Source of the DNA: Planctomycetota bacterium
GTDB lineage: Bacteria > Planctomycetota > GCA-002687715 > CAIWVZ01
Length of the DNA stretch: 64,000 nucleotides
Direction of reading: 5' to 3'
Assembly (NCBI GenBank): GCA_044222185.1
Contig: JBGANV010000003.1
Location: 160,001 to 224,000, forward strand
Every line of letters starts with the position of its first letter. The stretch's first letter is position 1. Below the pieces are notes generated by a model. The model was given only the letters and a program-made list of their open reading frames with translations, did no database searches and had not been told where the DNA came from. Made by a program: the position numbers and the translations under genes. Below, piece by piece: positions 10,322 through 19,605 of this stretch.

Positions 10322-10870
10322 ATGCAGGACAACGGCCCCATCGCGCTTCCGCCACCGCCAGCCAGCCCGGCGCCGCGCCCCCGCATCGACATCGATCACG
10401 GCATGGGCACGAACCCGCTCTGCGTCGACGTCGTCGTCGACTGGTCCGGTGTATCCGGCGTCGCTCTGAGGAACGCCGACTCCTACGTCCAGATCTCGAG
10501 TTTCGAGTCGTCCGACGCCACGGCGCCCCCACGGACCACGCTCCGGCGCCCGCTCTACACGGCGGAGGTGCGTGCGTTCACGCGCGCCGCGTCGGGCGAA
10601 CACGTGGCGTTCAAGACCAAGTGGACCGCGGCCGACTTTGGCGGGGCGATCGACCATTTCACCGTGACGCTCACGCTCGCCGTCGAATGCCAGAGCACGA
10701 ACGCCGCCAACGTCGTCGGTCTCTACCAGGGCCAGACCGTGACGAGCGTGACCCTCAGTGCCGACGGTTTGCAGGCGACCGACGCGCGAAGGAGTTGGAT
10801 CCCGCGCGCCGTCAGCCGGGACACCCCGGTCCCGGCCAACGAAACGACGGACGCGGTGAACGACGGGTGA
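10322..10870 (+). CDS. Hypothetical protein
   Basis: Protein-like composition and fills the gap after the kinase. No recognised motif; start uncertain. Confidence 0.55.
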   Translation: MQDNGPIALPPPPASPAPRPRIDIDHGMGTNPLCVDVVVDWSGVSGVALRNADSYVQISSFESSDATAPPRTTLRRPLYTAEVRAFTRAASGEHVAFKTKWTAADFGGAIDHFTVTLTLAVECQSTNAANVVGLYQGQTVTSVTLSADGLQATDARRSWIPRAVSRDTPVPANETTDAVNDG

Positions 10871-10894
10871 AGAGGGCGCCGCGCGACCGCCCGC

Positions 10895-12298
10895 TCACGG
10901 TGACCCGAGGACGAGCCTCAACCCGCGCGTGAGGGTCGCACCGCCGAGCTGCGGGAACGCCGTACTCGTCGGGTCCAGGACGAGGATCTGCACGTAGCAG
11001 ACGGCCGCCATGAGCTGCGGATCCGGCGGGATGGCGACGCCGAGCGCGCCCTGACCGCTGCCATTCGTCGGAAACGTCAGGGGCAGTCCCGGCGCGGGAA
11101 GGATGATCCGCGTGACGTCGACGTAGACGTGCGTGCTCGGCGTCACGGCGACGTCGTCATACGCGGCGCTCACCACGATCAGCGCAGACGAGTTGGGGGC
11201 GGCACCCTGCACGCCCAGGGTGAACGACGGATTGCCCAGGAAGGGATTGCTCGTGCTCGTGAGCTGCGGCACCGCTCCGGCCGACGGATTCCCGTAGAGA
11301 GCGCGCGCGGCGGGAACGGCATGGGGCGTGGCCGTCGTGTACCAGGGTGCCGTCAGTGGATCGCCTCGGAAGAAGGCGTCGAGCAGGCTCGCCACCTTGA
11401 ACCGCGCGAGGACGTTCGGGTGCGTTCCGTCGGACGGTTGGAAGTCGCGGCACTCCCAGACGAGACCGTCGCTCCGAGGTGTGAGTCCGTCGGCCCAAAG
11501 GTACGGACCCCACGAGACCCACGGAGCCATCACGGGTCCCATCGCCGGATCGAAATTCAACGACGGGTCACCGTTGATCTGGCTCTCGATGAGCCACTTC
11601 ACGGAGAAGCCGCTTTGGTAGGCGTGCGGCTCGGGGTTCAGCGTCGTGCTCGCGTAGCCGGCGTAGGTGCGGCTCGAGAAGAATGCGGCACGGACGTTCG
11701 TGAACTTGGCATGGAGATTCCGCGCGATGCTTGCGAGATCGGCCTGAAGGATCTGCGCGTCCAACGGGAACGGCTGGGTGGGGCCGATCTCGGCTTCCTT
11801 CACCCAGCAAGCCTGGACTTGCGCCGCGGTGACTCCAGCCGAGGTGAGGCGCTGCTGAACGACCGTCCAGAAATTGGAGTTCGGGTTGGCGACGACGGCC
11901 GCATCCTGGCCGCCCTGCGCGCCGTCGACGACGACGAGCCTGGGATTTCGCAGCGGGTCGCCGTTCGACACGCCGAGGAACTGCGTGAACTCCTGGGTCG
12001 TGTTCGACATCCCGATGGACAGAAACACGATCCTCCCGGTTGCGCTGGGGGCTCCGGAGGCGTCCCGCGGCACGATCCCCGCGATCTGCGCAGCTCCGGC
12101 TGCCGCGTGCGCCAGCGGCCGAACGTTCGCCCCGCCGGGATAGAGGCCGCCCTGGAACCCCTGGTAGGTCCCCGTCCCAAGATCGTTCAACGGCACGAGC
12201 CCCGTGGTGACTCCAGCGCAGTTCTGGGCCCGAGCCGCACCGATGCATGCGAACGTGAGCGCGACGGCAAACACCGCGAGTCGAGGCTTGACGACCAT
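10895..12298 (-). CDS. Secreted SGNH/GDSL-like hydrolase plus recurrent C-terminal domain
   Basis: GAGGAGG RBS, signal peptide, SIGMSN (block I-like) and DGTHP (DxxH). Tail is IPPDPQL...YVQILVLDP...LTRGLRLVLG. Confidence 0.7.
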   Translation of the reverse strand: MVVKPRLAVFAVALTFACIGAARAQNCAGVTTGLVPLNDLGTGTYQGFQGGLYPGGANVRPLAHAAAGAAQIAGIVPRDASGAPSATGRIVFLSIGMSNTTQEFTQFLGVSNGDPLRNPRLVVVDGAQGGQDAAVVANPNSNFWTVVQQRLTSAGVTAAQVQACWVKEAEIGPTQPFPLDAQILQADLASIARNLHAKFTNVRAAFFSSRTYAGYASTTLNPEPHAYQSGFSVKWLIESQINGDPSLNFDPAMGPVMAPWVSWGPYLWADGLTPRSDGLVWECRDFQPSDGTHPNVLARFKVASLLDAFFRGDPLTAPWYTTATPHAVPAARALYGNPSAGAVPQLTSTSNPFLGNPSFTLGVQGAAPNSSALIVVSAAYDDVAVTPSTHVYVDVTRIILPAPGLPLTFPTNGSGQGALGVAIPPDPQLMAAVCYVQILVLDPTSTAFPQLGGATLTRGLRLVLGSP

Positions 12299-12348
12299 GA
12301 CGACCTCCTCACCTTGGGTCGGCGCGACGGTGGCGGCCGAACCGAGGA

Positions 12349-14214
12349 TCAGTACCCGAACTGCAACGACAGCGCGTTGCTCAACGTGAACCGCAGCGAT
12401 GGGTTCCCAACCACGGGCGGTCCGGCGGCATCGAGGATGATCGCCTGCACGGCGAACGACATCCCGGCGAGCGGCGGAACCGCGGGCACGGGAAGCGGAA
12501 ACTGGCACGCGCCGAGGCCGGACGTCGTCGCGGTCCCGAGAGGATTCAACCCCGCCTGCGTGAGGGCCGCGAAGCCCGCCAGGTCGAGACGGAGGATGCA
12601 GCCGTTGCCCACGTCGAGCGCGGGCCCGACGCTCGTGCTGGCGAACAACGTCGCCGCCGAGAGAGGGGCCCCGGTCGCGAGCGTCGCCGCGAAGGTTGGA
12701 TTGCCGAGGGTCGGCAGGCCCGCGCCACCGAGTTGCGGGATGAGGTTGAAGAAACCCGGGCAGCCCTGCCCGACGACCGACTTCTGCGCGAGTGCCGAGG
12801 ACTGCTGGATCGTGATGCGCTGGTTCGTGGTGACCCCGAGGAGGACGTCGGTCGTGCCGTCCATCCAGTGAACGATGACCTGATCCACCGTCGCCGCGGC
12901 TCCGCAACCGAAGTGCGCCGGCAAGAGGTTCTGGCTGAACGCGCCCGACGCCGAGTTCATCAGTCGATATTGGTGCGTCGCCCCGATCACGACTTCGACC
13001 GTGGCCCCGATCGCCGACCGATTGTCCCGAGTCCCGCGCGGTGTGACCTGGAGCCAGTGGTTCGCCGACCCCGAGTTCCGATAGAGCTTGTCGCGATTCA
13101 GCGCGCCGACGTGGATGTCGAGATCGCCGTCGTTGTCGTAGTCGACGAACGCGCAGTCGTAGCCGTTCGTGTTGCTCGCGTTCGCGCCCGCGGCATTGGG
13201 GACGACCTGGAACGTCAGGTTGCCGAGGTTGCGGTAGAGGAGGTTGGGCCCGGCGGGCATCGACAGGTAGATGTCGACGAGTCCATCGTTGTCGTAGTCG
13301 CCGATGTCGCACCCGCGACCGTAGGATGGCGGCCCAAAAAGCCCCGCCGCCTGGGCGACGTCGAGCATCGGGAGAACGCCGTCGTTCCGATAGAGGTGGT
13401 TGGGTTCGCCCGCCGCACCTGCGACGAAGAGGTCGTAGTCTCCGTCACCGTCGAAGTCGGCCCACTCGGTGCCGTACGTATTCGGTGAGTAGTCGACGCC
13501 GGCAGCGGCAGCGATCTCCGTGTAGTTCGGCTGGCCCGTTCCGATCCGATTGTTGCGGAAGAGTCGATTGACCGTCGCGCCGGAGCAGGTCGAGAGGAAG
13601 CAGTCGACGTCCCCGTCGCTGTCGAAGTCACACCACGCCACGCCGTACGCGTGGGCCTGCGGATCCGCCAGGCCCGTCGACTGGCTGACGTCCGCGAAGA
13701 CGCCACCGTGGTTCTCGAAGAAGGTGAACGGCGTCAGTTCCTTCGCGACGAAGAGATCCAGATCGCCGTCATTGTCGTGGTCGACCCAGGTGACGGACTG
13801 CGCGAACTCCGAGTTCGCCGCACCGATGGCGGCCGAGACGTCCACGAACGGCCCTGGGTACTGGTTGCGGAAGAGGTTGTTTCCCGCGAAGTTCCCCAGG
13901 TAGAGGTCGGGCTTGCCGTCACCGTCGTAATCCGCCCAGGCACACGACCAGCCGCTCGACGCATGAGAGGTCCCCATGGCCGCCGTGACGTCGACGAACA
14001 CTCCACCGTCGTTGCGAAACAGGCGACTCGTGCCGCCATTGTTTTGAACGTAGACGTCGAAGTCGCCGTCGCCGTCGAAGTCAGCCCAGCCCATTCCTCT
14101 CGTCTGATCGTTCGCGCTGGGGAACCCGGCGGCCGTCGCGACGTCCGTGAACGCCTGTCCCCGAACGAGCGCACAGAGCAATGCGGTTACGGCGAGCGAT
14201 CGAACGGGTGACAT
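12349..14214 (-). CDS. CRTAC1-like protein (FG-GAP/VCBS repeats + ASPIC/UnbV) plus recurrent C-terminal domain
   Basis: Seven D(F/Y/H)DxDGxxD repeats, then NHWL...NRSAIGA.V...HFG.G...V.W.DG. Tail is LSNALSLQFGY. Confidence 0.9.
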   Translation of the reverse strand: MSPVRSLAVTALLCALVRGQAFTDVATAAGFPSANDQTRGMGWADFDGDGDFDVYVQNNGGTSRLFRNDGGVFVDVTAAMGTSHASSGWSCAWADYDGDGKPDLYLGNFAGNNLFRNQYPGPFVDVSAAIGAANSEFAQSVTWVDHDNDGDLDLFVAKELTPFTFFENHGGVFADVSQSTGLADPQAHAYGVAWCDFDSDGDVDCFLSTCSGATVNRLFRNNRIGTGQPNYTEIAAAAGVDYSPNTYGTEWADFDGDGDYDLFVAGAAGEPNHLYRNDGVLPMLDVAQAAGLFGPPSYGRGCDIGDYDNDGLVDIYLSMPAGPNLLYRNLGNLTFQVVPNAAGANASNTNGYDCAFVDYDNDGDLDIHVGALNRDKLYRNSGSANHWLQVTPRGTRDNRSAIGATVEVVIGATHQYRLMNSASGAFSQNLLPAHFGCGAAATVDQVIVHWMDGTTDVLLGVTTNQRITIQQSSALAQKSVVGQGCPGFFNLIPQLGGAGLPTLGNPTFAATLATGAPLSAATLFASTSVGPALDVGNGCILRLDLAGFAALTQAGLNPLGTATTSGLGACQFPLPVPAVPPLAGMSFAVQAIILDAAGPPVVGNPSLRFTLSNALSLQFGY

Positions 14215-14285
14215 CTGCGGGATCTCCGTGCGGCAGTGAATGCCGCGCGGATTGTAGGCCCGCCCCCCGTGACCCGCCAGCGCGA

Positions 14286-15239
14286 TCAGAACGTGACGGA
14301 GACGCCTCCGTGGAAGATCACTTCGAAGTGATCGTTCACGTGCTCGTTCAGCGCCGCGGCATTGTTGCCGAGCCAGAGGAATTGCACGCCGGCGGATGCC
14401 TGCCACGAGCCTGCCGACGGCGGAATGAACCCGAGCGGCATCGCGAAGGTGAAGCCCGTCTGGAAGAACCCGAAGGTGTCGTCGTCGCCGGCGCCGTCGT
14501 CGTAGTAGTCGTCGAGGCTGAGGCCGACGGCCGTCGGGAACGACATCCGGACCGGATAGGACTCGGACTTGATCAGCGTGAAGCCCGGCTCGATCGAGAA
14601 CTCGAAATACGTGCCCTCGTGAAGTCCCAGGTCGGCTTAATTGTTCAACTCGCGAGCGATCGTGATCGTCGGATGAAAGCCGTCGAAGCCGTCGATGTCG
14701 ACGCCGACCGTGTCGCTCCAGAACTTGCTGTCGTCGATCCCGATGCCGAAGTCGAGTTCGTCGATGTCTTTGAACCCGTCATTGGGGCTCGTGTACTTGT
14801 AGTAGGCGATCGACAGCTCGAGGAAGTCGAAGAGCCCGACGGACACGCCGCCGTAGAAGTCCGCCTCGTACCACGGGTCATCGGCGGCACCTTCCTTGCC
14901 AGTCGGCCCCCATTGGAAGCTGTGGAACGTTCCTGCCAGCAGGCTGATGCTGTTCAACGCGCCCGAGTCCGTCTCGTACACCATCAGGCTCATGTCGACG
15001 GCGGGCTGGAGCGTGACGTTCTGGTTCTCGGCCCAGATGCCGCGTCCGAAGTACTGGCTTGGGAAATCGAACGCGAGCGTGAGCGAGAACGGGCTCGCCG
15101 CCTCGGCCTCTGCCTCCTGCGGGACCTTCACGTCCTCCGTGGCGGCCTCGATCGTGGCGGCCCTCTCGGCCTCCTGTGAGACGGCGATACGCGGGGCGAC
15201 TGCGGCGAGAGCCATACCGATGATGAGCCACTTCTTCAT
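14286..15239 (-). pseudogene. Outer-membrane beta-barrel/porin-like protein interrupted by one in-frame TAA (14637-14639)
   Basis: Signal peptide MKKWLIIG..., YFGRG and WYEADFY motifs. The ORFs either side of the stop share a frame (ELNN*ADLGLHEGTYFEF), and the protein ends GGVSVTF with a terminal Phe. Confidence 0.7.
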
Positions 15240-15617
15240 GGGAGCGCCTGTCCTCTGCTGACCAATCCCGGATTCCGTCCCTCGGTCCTCGCGCGCGAGC
15301 GCAGGATGCATCGATCGCATCCGCGCACCCACGAGGGTGCGGTTCGGAGGCGGTCGCGGCGCCATGGCGCCGCGCGAGGGAACGATCCGACGTGCCGCGC
15401 TCAGTGTCGACGACGAGGGCGGCGAGACTTGACGCGGAGCGCGCGACACGACTGCCGGAGGACGATCCATCTCCTTTCAGCTCGATGCGCGTCATCCGGC
15501 GGTCGCTCGAAAGGTGCGCGGTCGCACTTCAAAGGACTTGAGATTTTCCGGACGTCACCGGGCATCGGCCACGGGATTCGGTGGTAGCCTCCGCCGGAGG
15601 TCACGAACAAAACCACC

Positions 15618-15842
15618 ATGATTTCACGCCAGCTCATGACGTTCGCCCTTACGTCCTTCGTTGCCGCCGTCTTCTGCATGCCGCCGACCGATGGCGGTGC
15701 ATCCCCGGACCCGACCTCCACGCGGCCTTCGGCGCGCAAGCCGGTTCCGGCTGCCGTCACGCCGGGAACGCGCACGGGGAATCGCCGCTTCCACGCAGCG
15801 GGCCACGTGCAGAAGCACAGCTCCGGTCTCATCAAGGGCTGA
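15618..15842 (+). CDS. Possible small secreted or membrane peptide (74 aa)
   Basis: Hydrophobic N-terminus (LMTFALTSFVAAVFC) and a hairpin immediately after the stop. Confidence 0.35.
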   Translation: MISRQLMTFALTSFVAAVFCMPPTDGGASPDPTSTRPSARKPVPAAVTPGTRTGNRRFHAAGHVQKHSSGLIKG

Positions 15843-15849
15843 CTTCCCC

Positions 15850-15879
15850 GTGAGCGGCATCCTCGGGAATGCCGCTTGC
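15850..15879 (+). terminator. Stem-loop after the small ORF
   Basis: GTGAGCGGCAT-cctcggga-ATGCCGCTTGC: 8 Watson-Crick bp plus G-U extension, weak U-tail. Confidence 0.35.
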
Positions 15880-15954
15880 GACGGTCGGATTCCCAGCGGT
15901 TTTCCCGCGTCCGCTGCCGACGATGACCGTCATTCCTCCCCCGGATGGCGCCCT

Positions 15955-15982
15955 TCAATCGCAGGGCCAACCCAGTCGATAC
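15955..15982 (+). promoter_or_regulatory. Putative sigma28 (FliA/WhiG-type) promoter upstream of cheA
   Basis: TCAA-N16-GTCGATAC, compared with consensus TAAA-N15/16-GCCGATAA. Confidence 0.5.
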
Positions 15983-16132
15983 CTCCGCTGGGTCGCGCCA
16001 TTCGCGAGGCGGAGGAACCGTAGCGACACGCTCGATTACGCCGGCACCCCCTGAGGAAGCCGGCGGATCCGCGCGTGCCCCGGCAAGCAGGCAGCTCGCG
16101 AGCGGCTCCGACAGTTGCGGAGCGTCGTGACG

Positions 16133-18598
16133 ATGAACGACATGGGAGAGGTCCTCAACGAGTTCCTCGTTGAGAGCTACGAGAGTCTCGAACATCTCGA
16201 CCAGGATTTCGTCGAGTTGGAGAAGTCTCCGAGCAACAAGGAGATCATCACCCGGATCTTCCGTGCGTTCCACACGATCAAGGGAACGTCCGGCTTCCTC
16301 GGCTTCCAACGCCTCGAAACGCTGACGCACGCGGGCGAGAGCCTGCTGAGCAAGCTGCGCGACGGCGTCCTCACGGTCGATCGCGACATCATCACGGCGC
16401 TCCTCGCCACGATCGACGGCGTCCGTCAGATCCTGAAGGCGGTCGAACAGACGAACGAGGAGCCGGACATCGACTTCACGGCGCTCGTCGCTCGACTGTC
16501 GCAGCTGCAGAAAGCCGATGCGCCCGCCGCCCCGGCGACGGAGACGCAGGCCTCGCCGCCCGCGCACGCACCAGCCCAAGCGGCCGCACCCGCAGCACCC
16601 GCGCCCGCGACGGTGACCCCAGCCGCGACCACGCCTGCGACTCAGCCGGCGCCAGCCGCTCCGGCAGCTCCCGCCCCCCTTGCTTCCGCTGCGCCGGTCA
16701 CTCCCCCGGTCGCCCCGCCGCCAGTCGCCGCAGCGCACGCCCCAGCGGCCCCAGCAGCGCCGCCACCGGCCGCCCACGCGGCGCCACCGACTCCGCAGCC
16801 GCCCCAATCTCACGTCGCGCCAGCCGAGAGGCCGGCGCCAGCGGCCCCAAGCGACGATCACGCCCCACGCGAGGCTGCGTCCGGCGAGAAGAACCACTCA
16901 GTCACGGACAACAACGTCCGCATCGACGTGGCGCTCCTCGACAAGATCATGAATCTGGTCGGAGAGCTCGTCCTCGCCCGCAACCAGGTGCTCCAGTTCG
17001 GCGCGCAGAACCGCGGGAACGGCGCGTTCGTCGCGACCACTCAGCGCCTGAACCTCATCACGACCGAGCTGCAGGAGAACGTCATGAAGACGCGCATGCA
17101 GCCCATCGGGACGATCTGGCGCAAGTTCCCCCGAGTGTTGCGTGACCTCGCGCTCGCGTGCAGCAAGCAGATTCGACTCGAGATGGTCGGCGAGGACACG
17201 GAACTCGACCGCACGATCATCGAGTCGATCCGCGACCCCCTGACCCACATCATCCGCAACTCGTGCGATCACGGGATCGAGGAGCCCGCGGAGCGCGCGA
17301 AAGCCGGCAAGCCCGCGGAAGGCGTGCTGAAACTCCGGGCCTTCCACGAGAGCGGTCACGTGGTGATCGAGGTATCGGATGACGGCCGCGGAATCGACGC
17401 CGAGCGCGTGAAACAGAGCTGCATCAAGAAGGGGCTCGTCACTCTCGAGCGCGCCGCGCGCATGACCGAGCGCGAGCTCGTCGACATGATCTTCCTCCCT
17501 GGATTCTCCACCGCCGAAAAGGTCACGAACCTCTCCGGGCGCGGCGTCGGCATGGACGTCGTGAAGTCGAACGTGGAGAAGATCGGTGGGACGGTCGAGA
17601 TCCAGACCGTGCGTGGAACGGGGACCACGCTCGTCATCCGGATCCCCCTCACGCTCGCGATCATTCCGGCCCTGACGATCCGCTGCGCGAACCAGCGCTA
17701 CGCAATCCCGCAGGTGAGTCTGCTCGAACTCGTCCGCGTCGACACCGGCGGCGGCGGCGCGGCAATCGAGTCGATCTTCGGCGCTCACGTCTATCGGCTC
17801 CGCGGTCACCTGCTTCCCCTCGTCTGCCTGCGTGAACTCCTCGGGGCACCGCCGCTCGAGCGGAAGACCGGCGACGACGACGCGGACTCGATCAACATCG
17901 TCGTGCTCCAATCCGCGGGCCGGCACTTCGGCCTGATCGTCGACAAGATCGAGGACACGGAGGAGATCGTCGTGAAGCCGCTGAGCAAGCAGCTGAAGCA
18001 CATGCCGGTGTTCGCCGGCGCGACGATCATGGGCGACGGCAAGATCGCACTGATCCTCGACGTGAACGGCATCGCGCAGCACGCGTCGATCGGAGCCCAA
18101 GGCGCAGACGTCGAGCCATCCCGGGGAGACGCGCGAACCGAGGCGAAGAGCCGTCGCATGTCCCTCGTCGTGTGCGAGACGTACGGCGGAGCCCGCGTCG
18201 GGATCCCGCTTCCGCTGGTGGCGCGCCTGGAGGAATTCCGCGTCGGTGCGGTGGAGCACGTGGGCAACCGCCGAGTGATCCAGTACCGCGACGACATCCT
18301 TCCCCTCGTTCCCATGGACGAGATCCTGGAGTCTGGCGGCGGCAACGGCACGTTGCCGACGGAGGCGGACCAGAAGATGGACGCCATCGTCCATCAGCAG
18401 GGAGACCGCAGCGTCGGAGTCCTCGTCGGACACATCGTCGACATCGTGGAGGAGGCGGTGAACTTCCAGAACGGCGCCCGACGAAGCGGCGTCCTGTGCA
18501 GCGCCGTCGTCAAGGGGCGCGTCACCGAGATCCTGGACATCTCCGAACTCCTTCGTCCCCAGTTTGCCGAGCCGGCGGCCGAGGCCGCCTATCGATAG
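16133..18598 (+). CDS. cheA: Chemotaxis histidine kinase CheA with two CheW domains
   Basis: Hpt FRAFHTIKG, a Pro/Ala linker with no recognisable P2 domain, RNSCDHG, DDGRGID and SGRGVGMDVV motifs, then two CheW-like domains. Confidence 0.97.
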   Translation: MNDMGEVLNEFLVESYESLEHLDQDFVELEKSPSNKEIITRIFRAFHTIKGTSGFLGFQRLETLTHAGESLLSKLRDGVLTVDRDIITALLATIDGVRQILKAVEQTNEEPDIDFTALVARLSQLQKADAPAAPATETQASPPAHAPAQAAAPAAPAPATVTPAATTPATQPAPAAPAAPAPLASAAPVTPPVAPPPVAAAHAPAAPAAPPPAAHAAPPTPQPPQSHVAPAERPAPAAPSDDHAPREAASGEKNHSVTDNNVRIDVALLDKIMNLVGELVLARNQVLQFGAQNRGNGAFVATTQRLNLITTELQENVMKTRMQPIGTIWRKFPRVLRDLALACSKQIRLEMVGEDTELDRTIIESIRDPLTHIIRNSCDHGIEEPAERAKAGKPAEGVLKLRAFHESGHVVIEVSDDGRGIDAERVKQSCIKKGLVTLERAARMTERELVDMIFLPGFSTAEKVTNLSGRGVGMDVVKSNVEKIGGTVEIQTVRGTGTTLVIRIPLTLAIIPALTIRCANQRYAIPQVSLLELVRVDTGGGGAAIESIFGAHVYRLRGHLLPLVCLRELLGAPPLERKTGDDDADSINIVVLQSAGRHFGLIVDKIEDTEEIVVKPLSKQLKHMPVFAGATIMGDGKIALILDVNGIAQHASIGAQGADVEPSRGDARTEAKSRRMSLVVCETYGGARVGIPLPLVARLEEFRVGAVEHVGNRRVIQYRDDILPLVPMDEILESGGGNGTLPTEADQKMDAIVHQQGDRSVGVLVGHIVDIVEEAVNFQNGARRSGVLCSAVVKGRVTEILDISELLRPQFAEPAAEAAYR

Positions 18599-18606
18599 GA
18601 CCCACC

Positions 18607-19065
18607 ATGCCGAACCGCCGTCAGTTCTGCACGTTCATGGCCGACCGCTTCTACCTGGGCATCGAGGCGCACACGGTCCAGGAGGTCATCCGCAATCACG
18701 AATCCACGCCGGTGCCGCTTGCACCGCGCGAAGTCACCGGGCTCATCAACCTTCGCGGACAGATCGTCGCGGCGGTCGACCTCCGCACGCGCCTCCATCT
18801 GCCCCCGCGCACGGGGAACACGGTCCCCATGCACGTCGTGGTGAAGACCCCGGACGGGCTCGTCAGCCTGACCGTCGACGAGATCGACGACGTGATCGAG
18901 GTCGACGACGAAACCTACGAGCCGCCGCTGGAAACGGTGAAGCGGCCGATTCGCGACCTCGTCTCGGGGGTCTACAAGCTGAAGGATCGCCTCTTGCTCA
19001 TCCTCGACACGCAGAAAGCTGTCGCCATCGGTGGCTCTGCGGTCCCGGCCGCGAAGGGCGGGTGA
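18607..19065 (+). CDS. cheW: Chemotaxis coupling protein CheW
   Basis: VQEV...TPVPLAP...GLINLRGQIV..VDLR. Confidence 0.95.
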   Translation: MPNRRQFCTFMADRFYLGIEAHTVQEVIRNHESTPVPLAPREVTGLINLRGQIVAAVDLRTRLHLPPRTGNTVPMHVVVKTPDGLVSLTVDEIDDVIEVDDETYEPPLETVKRPIRDLVSGVYKLKDRLLLILDTQKAVAIGGSAVPAAKGG

Positions 19066-19126
19066 TCGATGCACACGGACGTGACGATGCGTCCCACCGC
19101 GCCTGTCCGCCGAGCGGCATGCGCAC

Positions 19127-19154
19127 TCAACTATGGGAGTTCGACTCCCGATAA
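19127..19154 (+). promoter_or_regulatory. Putative internal sigma28 promoter upstream of cheY
   Basis: TCAA-N16-CCCGATAA in the 169-nt cheW-cheY gap. Confidence 0.55.
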
Positions 19155-19234
19155 ACACTTGCAGGCGAGAGGCCGGCGACACGGTTCGCGAACGGCGCGC
19201 GCCACCGGTGAAGGAACTTTCGGCGGAGCCAGCC

Positions 19235-19600
19235 ATGCGCGCGCTTGTCGTTGACGACTCGAAGAGCATCCGATCGATCATCGGACGAATCCTGGCCGAG
19301 TGCGGGATCGAATCCGTGGCCGCAGACAACGGCGAAACGGGCCTGGCGGCGCTGGAAGCAAGCGAGGTCGACTTCGTCCTCGTCGACTGGAACATGCCGG
19401 TCATGGACGGCTTCACCTTCCTGAAGACCGTCCGCGCGGATCCGAAGTACGACGCGCTGCAGATCATCATGTGCACGACTGAGACGGAGGTGTCCCAGAT
19501 GATGGCCGCACTCGAGGCCGGCGCGAATGAATACGTCACGAAGCCGTTCACGAAGGACGTCATCCTCGCCAAACTCGGACTCCTCGGAATTGTGAGCTGA
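19235..19600 (+). CDS. cheY: Chemotaxis response regulator CheY
   Basis: LVVDDS, DWNMPVMDG, MCTTE and YVTKPF motifs. Confidence 0.93.
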   Translation: MRALVVDDSKSIRSIIGRILAECGIESVAADNGETGLAALEASEVDFVLVDWNMPVMDGFTFLKTVRADPKYDALQIIMCTTETEVSQMMAALEAGANEYVTKPFTKDVILAKLGLLGIVS

Positions 19601-19605
19601 AGCCC

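Noticed and set aside
16500-16880. Pro/Ala-rich tract in cheA as an insertion element or repeat array
   Set aside because: It is an in-frame low-complexity linker typical of CheA.
19135-19149. tRNA T-arm remnant (GGGAGTTCGACTCCC)
   Set aside because: It does not form a 5-bp stem with a 7-nt loop and has no other tRNA arms; kept only as a palindrome.
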